Below, piece after piece: positions 58,594 through 64,000 of a DNA stretch of 64,000 nucleotides. The position numbers were made by a program, and so were the translations under genes. The stretch comes from Thraustochytrium aureum (Eukaryota). The notes beneath the pieces were generated by a model. That model had not been told where the DNA came from and did no database searches. It saw only the letters and a program-made list of their open reading frames with translations. Within the stretch, counting starts at the first letter, position 1. Every line of letters starts with the position of its first letter. The DNA lies in assembly GCA_012862495.1 (NCBI GenBank), contig BLSG01000211.1, forward strand, positions 33,143 through 97,142, read 5' to 3'.

Positions 58594-59717
58594 CTATTCA
58601 GCATTGGCGTCTCGCTCGCGCTGGCGGCGCTCCGTCTCGAGAGTTCCTGCGGGCTGGATCACAAGCTCTGCACTTGGCCAGAGGTTGGACGACTGTAGGG
58701 TTTTGCCCTTGAGCGCTTGTACGTCCAGTAGGTGGGGAGGGTACAAAGTCTTGTCTACGATTTCCCAGGTCTGCGATTCCAGCCGGGGCGGGATAAGGCT
58801 GCTGTGCGTCGCTCCAAGCCAGTTGATAATGCCGTCAAGAACGTCATCAGAGTGGAACCTCCGCTGTAGCACAGCGTCGCCGCAAAACACGGTGATCCTC
58901 GTCGTGCCCGCGATGCCGGGCTCTGGCTCAACCGGGACCCCTCGGCGAAACTTTGACCTGCGCTCCGCCTCCTCCTTGTCCGCGCTCCTCATCGACTCGG
59001 TCAGAGCCTTTTCGAAGGCAAGGCGCTCCTTGGCCAACGTGTAGGAGGGAGACTGCTGGGCGCGCTCCAAGGCTGCCTTTGCGAGCCAGAGCCGCGCGGG
59101 GTCTTCGGCGCCCCGCAGCACGAGCCAGTCTCCAGTTTGCTTGAAGCCAATCAGCTCGAGCAGGCCCAAGCCGGCGCTGTTGGCTGTCCCGACGGTCTCG
59201 CGGAACCGCTTGTTGGTGGTCTTGATCTCGCGGTACTTTTGCACGCCAGGGTTGTCAAGGATCGTACCGAGCACGTAGACGAGCGTGTCGACTGCGTTCG
59301 GGAAAGGGCCATTCGGGACGCGGCTCCTTCCAGCCGGGTTTCGAACGACGACGCGGCGTCTGGCAGCGCCGCCGCCGCGGGCGCGGCCTTCTTTGCCTTG
59401 CTCGCAGCGCCGGGCTTTTGCGCGAGACGGCGCTCTGCGGCTTGCGCTGCGCGTTGGCGTGGGTCGCTTGCGGCGGCGGCGGCGGCTCCGGAGCCTCCTG
59501 GTGGGGTCTCCAACGAACTAGCTTGTGCTGATGGCGCTGGTGCGGTGACGAGAGTCTGTACAGCTCTGTCCACGCTCCACTCGGCCTCCGAGAGTGCAAA
59601 GAGCGCCGGGCTCTCGTCAAACCCCATCGCCATGACGTGCGCCAGCTTGGCCTTTTCCGAGGCGGACAGCGGCGCCTCACGCTGGCGCGCCGCTCCAAAC
59701 GGGTTCGCGTTGCCCAT
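58594..59717 (-). CDS. UBA-PUB-UBX domain protein (p97/Cdc48 cofactor, UBXN6/PUX-like); frameshift near 59300
   Basis: UBA VMAMGF....ALFAL....SVDRAV, PUB ILDNP...KYREIK..NKRF...LLELIGF, UBX LQRRFHSDD.L...YPP..KTL....LWPSAEL. Confidence 0.88.
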
Positions 59718-60340
59718 CTTGTTCAAGCTCCAGCGGAACATGAGGCCAGTGGGGCGCCCTTGGTGCGTTGCCGCGCTCAGACTGCTCCTGGCTGCTGCTC
59801 CGTCGTCGTTTGCCTTGCGTGACTGCTNNNNNNNNNNNNNNNNNNNNNNNNNNNNNNNNNNNNNNNNNNNNNNNNNNNNNNNNNNNNNNNNNNNNNNNNN
59901 NNNNNNNNNNNNNNNNNNNNNNNNNNNNNNNNNNNNNNNNNNNNNAATGCCCGCGCATTCGGCGGATCGTTCGCTTGCTCCGAAGCCTTCTTTCGATTCG
60001 AAGAGGGTGTGTGAGCCAAGAAGCTGGCAATAACGGACAATGGTGGATGGCGATTCAGCGCATGGAAGGAAGCTTCTGGACGGCTGGCTGGCTGTGTCGG
60101 GCTGAGGATGATGCCGGCCGCGAGGATGCCGACATGCCGACCGATGCCTTGGAAGCCGCGGCTTGAGCCTCTACCGGCGCGCGCGTCCCCGCAGGCCCGG
60201 AATCCGATCGATCGGTAGAGTTCGCGCACTTGCTCGAGTGACTCGTGTTGATTCCGGCGAGGAACAGAGCGAGCACGACGACGGGAAGGGAGGACTGATT
60301 GATCGAGGTTCGAGGCTGGCCAGACAGACACCCGACCTCG

Positions 60341-60403
60341 AGCAGCAGCAGCAGCAGCAGCAGCAAGCAGCAGCAGCAAGCAGCAAGCAGCAGCAGCAAG
60401 CAG
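60341..60403 (+). repeat. CAG/CAAG microsatellite upstream of the small spliced gene
   Basis: agcagcagc.. tract. Confidence 0.85.
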
Positions 60404-60453
60404 CCGCGAGGAGCCACGAGCAGGATTGAGCCCGGCAGATTGAGTCCAAGGCG

Positions 60454-60763
60454 ATGGCGGCGGAGGCAGTGCCTGTCAAGGCCTGGGTCTACATGGTGTT
60501 CGCAGCGCTCGGGTTCAAGACGGCCAAGTGGTTCAACTCCCCGGTAAGTCTGTTGCGTGCGGGACACCGGCGGGCGCCTGCTGCTCCGAGTTCTTAGGCT
60601 GCGCCGATGCTGACGGCGCGCCTGATGCATGCAACAATTGACTTGCGGACTCGGGCGAGCTGCGCAGGGACCCCAACAAGGCATGTACAAGTACTATGTT
60701 GCGATTTTTGTGATCGCCCAGGTGCTTGGGCGCCGGGCCGGGCTCGCCGAGAAGGGCGAGTAA
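60454..60763 (+). CDS. Two-exon 61-aa membrane microprotein (exons 60454-60543 and 60668-60763)
   Basis: ATG..CCG|GTAAGT donor, TTGAC branch-like site, GCAG| acceptor, and an in-frame splice ending at TAA. Confidence 0.7.
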
Positions 60764-60928
60764 CTACGTTCAGAACGGCAAGCTAACCGGAAAAGCACCT
60801 CATCTATCCTTCGTTTTTCAGAGGCAAGTAAATACTGGTGTGAGCGAGCCACTCGGCGTGAGGCGGAAGGCGCCGCCGACGCCAGCCCCTCCCCGGCGCT
60901 GGCCCACGTTGGCCCGGCAGAGCTCGTC

Positions 60929-62093
60929 TTAGTTGGACTTTTTGCAGCCAGCGTCTTGCTGGCCCACGAAAATGTCCTCGCCGTAGACTCGGTCGCTCTG
61001 GCGCAGAGTCCCGAAGAGCCAGTCCCACAGGACGAGGGTAACCCCATAGTTGAGGTGAAAGTACTGGTGGTGGTCGTCATGGTACTTTGTGGAGGGGACC
61101 CAGGGGAGATCACCTTCGTAGTAAACGCCAGAATGGTCGACCTGGTTGTGGTAGGCGACAAAGGTGACCACCGTGAGGAAGGACATGACGTGCACCGGGA
61201 AGATGGCCGCGCACCAGATGCCAGCTGTTTGAAAGCCGATATACTCGATGGGGTGGATTGCGAAGGCGCCAAACGCGGTGGGCGCCTTGTAGCGGTGGTG
61301 CCACTTGTGCACGTACTTGTAGACCCACTTGTGGTGCAGCAGGCGGTGGATCCAATAGCTGTAAAAGTCGACCCACAGGTAGACGAGCACGCAGCCCGCC
61401 AAGTAGTGCGCCCAGCCGCGCTCGTCCACCGTGTAGTAGAACTTGAGGAAGGGGTAGTTTTGGTGCAGGAAGAACAGCGCCGTCCCTGCAAAGCCCGACA
61501 CGAAGGCGTTCCAGCACCCGGTGAGCTTCTCCTCCAAGAAGAGCGCGTCGCTCGGCCAGCGCCCCGGCTGGCACTTCCACAGGTCGGCCTCTGCCCGCCG
61601 CTGTACGTAGTAGTGGTTGTGGATCGTCTGCGCGCCGAGATAGTAGACGACAAGCGTGCTCGTACCCGCCATGAGGCACCAGCCCAGCACAAACCAGGGG
61701 TCCTTCACCGCGGCCTGGATGTACTCGCTCTGCGAGAGGTCGTGCCGCATGGCTTGCTCGGCCACGCGCGAGACGTTGGACAAAATCGAGTTGGTCACGT
61801 TGGTGGCTCCACGGTCTTGCAACAATGGGTAGAGGACGCTCTCGTGGCCGTGCGTCAGGTTGAACCATTCGTTCATCGAGAGGGAGAGCGCGAGGATGAT
61901 GGCAAACATCATGCCGCCAGACCCGGCGAGTGCCACCAGGAGACTGAGGGCGAAAAACTTCCAGTACTTTGCTGAGAGCCGCGAGGCCTTGACCTTGCCT
62001 TGCCGGTACCAGTAGTATTTTCGAGTTGGGCGGGTACATCCACCGGTGGAATTTGCTCAACGCATCCTTGCCCTCGAACATGTGGGGCGCCAT
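60929..62093 (-). CDS. Fatty acid hydroxylase/sterol desaturase family (lathosterol oxidase/ERG3-like); A-run frameshift near 62020
   Basis: His boxes YWIHRLLH, VHKWHH, AFAIHP.E, DHSG and YHDDHH..F.LNYG..WDWLFGT. Confidence 0.92.
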
Positions 62094-62849
62094 CGCCCAG
62101 CGCCTTGCTTGTCGGGCGACTCGTGCGTGCGCCTGCGCACTGTTGACCTTCCTGTCGAGGGGCTCCTGCCCTGGTAGTCGGCGCGTCACGACCAGGCGAT
62201 TCTCGCCGGTGACAGGGAGCCAGCGAGCGACCTGGGTTGCGGTTCTGGACTGCACCTGGCGGCGCGGGGGCCGAGCACCTGGTCTGTCGCTTCCTGCCGC
62301 CGCCGTTGGTGCTCTGCGGCCTGCGAAGCCGCGTTCGCCCAGCAAATGTGGTGTGCCGCGCAGTGCATGGCTCGCAATTGCANNNNNNNNNNNNNNNNNN
62401 NNNNNNNNNNNNNNNNNNNNNNNNNNNNNNNNNNNNNNNNNNNNNNNNNNNNNNNNNNNNNNNNNNNNNNNNNNNNNNNNNNNNNNNNNNNNNNNNNNNN
62501 NCGCGCAGTGCATGGCTCGCAATTGCAAGTCCACCTGTGAGGTGTCCGCTCTTGTCGCGTGCCTCAGCTCTCACTCGTCGCTGCTGGAGAAACCTGCGAG
62601 AGAAACAAGGAACTCGCCTCCAAGCGAGCCAGAGCGCCGCCTTCCTTCCACTCATTAAAAAAAGCTGACCGACAGAGTGGGTAGAGTACCAACTACTCCA
62701 CCTTGCTCTTGCAGGAGTCTCGCGTCTCTTGAGGCTGTGGCGCAGGCCGGACGAAGCCAAGGGAGGACTCACACGCGCGAGGCGGTCGTCGCCTGCCTGT
62801 TCTTGACATGTCCGGTGCTCGTCCGTCTGCCTGCGCAGAGCATCACGGG

Positions 62850-64000
62850 ATGGACGACGCAATCATTTCCTGCCGCCGCTGCTCCGTGGACCCTCAGGCT
62901 CACATTCCCGCGCAGAGTAGGTACGCCCCTCTATCTTCGATTCGGCGGGATGCTCGCGTTGCTCTTTCCAACGGATGCAACGGACACTCCTCCTCCGCCT
63001 CCGCTTGCCCCAGGCGGCGCGACGCGTGCGCTCGTGCGAGGCAGCCACGCCGCCAGTGTCGCCACCAGCAGCAAGCCGCTCGCCGCCCCCGCAGCACCAC
63101 CCTGCAACAGCTCCTGCGGCCTTCAGCCCAGGACGGCTTGGAAGCAACGCCAGACTCGGCTTGCGAGCTCGAGCGTCGCGGCCTGGCCGAAGCCGGCCGC
63201 AGCAACCCCCCGGATCGTGCCGCGGCAATCCTGCGTCGCGGGTCGATGGCGCCGGCGGTGACGGCCTCCAGGGCGCCAAGACGCGGCCGCAAAACGAGCA
63301 AGCTGCCTTCGGAGCAACTGCTCGAAGAGAATAAAATGATGGAGTGGCAGCTCCACAAACTCCGCAGCCAGATCGAGCGCGAGCGCGCCAAAGTGGACGA
63401 GGACGCCGGGCCCATCTGGAAAAGCGGCGCTGAGACAACTGGCTCGCTTCGCTCTTTCGCAAAGCAAGTGCGCGAGAAAAAGACCTCTGCCGGCAGCCTC
63501 TCTGTCCCAGGGCGCGGGGACGGCGAAGCGGAAGCGCGCGCCCAGGAGGAAGAAGGAGTCGGAAGCAACCCACGCAGCGAAAAGCGCGTCTTGCGCGGCG
63601 TGCAGGCGCCGACCTGGTCCAAAGCCGACGTGCTCGCATGGCTCGAGAGTATCGGCCAAGGGCAGCACAGGAAGACCTTCAAGGAGAACGAGATAGACGG
63701 CAAGGTCCTGCTGGAGCTCGGCGTGGACGACCTCGACTACATGGGCATCTCCGCACTGGGGAGCCGCAAGTCGATCCTCAAAGAAGTCGCGCGGCTCCGT
63801 CGCTGCGTCAAACCAGGACCGCTCGCTGGTGCGAGCCGCCCCTCGACACCAAGCTCTGCATCACGCCACGCTCGACAAACCCAGGAGGCAGCAGATCTGT
63901 CGCAGCATCCCCGAGCCGTCTCCACCAGCGTGGCATGCGAAATCTCCACCGACCCAGCAGACCTGCAAGCCGACGAAGCCGCAGAGCACGAGGCTTTCCG
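62850..64000 (+). CDS. SAM-domain protein, runs off the window (start uncertain; absent from the ORF track)
   Basis: From 63615: WSKADVLAWLESIGQGQHRKTFKENEIDGKVLLELGVDDLDYMGISALGSRKSILKEV. Confidence 0.88.
   Translation, partial: MDDAIISCRRCSVDPQAHIPAQSRYAPLSSIRRDARVALSNGCNGHSSSASACPRRRDACARARQPRRQCRHQQQAARRPRSTTLQQLLRPSAQDGLEATPDSACELERRGLAEAGRSNPPDRAAAILRRGSMAPAVTASRAPRRGRKTSKLPSEQLLEENKMMEWQLHKLRSQIERERAKVDEDAGPIWKSGAETTGSLRSFAKQVREKKTSAGSLSVPGRGDGEAEARAQEEEGVGSNPRSEKRVLRGVQAPTWSKADVLAWLESIGQGQHRKTFKENEIDGKVLLELGVDDLDYMGISALGSRKSILKEVARLRRCVKPGPLAGASRPSTPSSASRHARQTQEAADLSQHPRAVSTSVACEISTDPADLQADEAAEHEAF

Noticed and set aside
35703..62093. Sterol biosynthetic cluster (EXPERA plus sterol desaturase) or ubiquitin/p97 cluster
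   Set aside because: The genes are 10-25 kb apart with unrelated genes between them, so there is no evidence beyond chance
600..62100. Frameshifts in more than 12 genes as programmed frameshifting or mass pseudogenisation
   Set aside because: Most of those examined fall in homopolymer runs (for example about 34212 C5, 36310 T4, 45225 and 62020), hit conserved genes and come with no other decay. This is typical of pyrosequencing-type errors in a draft assembly
62358..62528. Direct repeats flanking gaps (also 35347-35363 versus 35529-35546) as target-site duplications or LTRs
   Set aside because: Identical sequence on both sides of an N-run is most simply an unmerged contig overlap
1..64000. 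Numerous long antisense or overlapping ORFs and ORFs spanning N-runs
   Set aside because: These are expected shadows of high-GC coding sequence and artefacts of gap translation

Overview
A gene-dense, GC-rich, almost intron-free eukaryotic scaffold with about 24 N-gaps. Gene content and style suggest a stramenopile, probably a thraustochytrid/labyrinthulomycete (inference only). Many genes carry single-base frameshifts, mostly in homopolymer runs, which look like sequencing errors. About 27 protein-coding genes are supported. Conserved families: Deltex-type RING E3, DENND4-like GEF, GUF1/LepA, MFS transporter, EMC7, DUF3089 hydrolase, DNAJC21, NDUFAF6, oxidoreductase-SelD fusion, bestrophin, EXPERA, C-CAP, FAM161-like, myosin, sorting nexin, UBA-PUB-UBX, sterol desaturase-family and SAM-domain proteins. 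No RNA genes, CRISPR arrays or mobile elements were recognised. The most unusual items are: (1) a large membrane protein with a duplicated TM-loop-TM module and at least 21 CxxCxC motifs, mostly in a 49-aa Cys/His tandem repeat; (2) a polyQ/HMG-box/response-regulator receiver fusion; (3) a surface protein with four copies of an unrecognised 6-Cys/His domain; (4) an ankyrin-TPR-PFU fusion; and (5) a spliced 61-aa microprotein missed by the ORF track.
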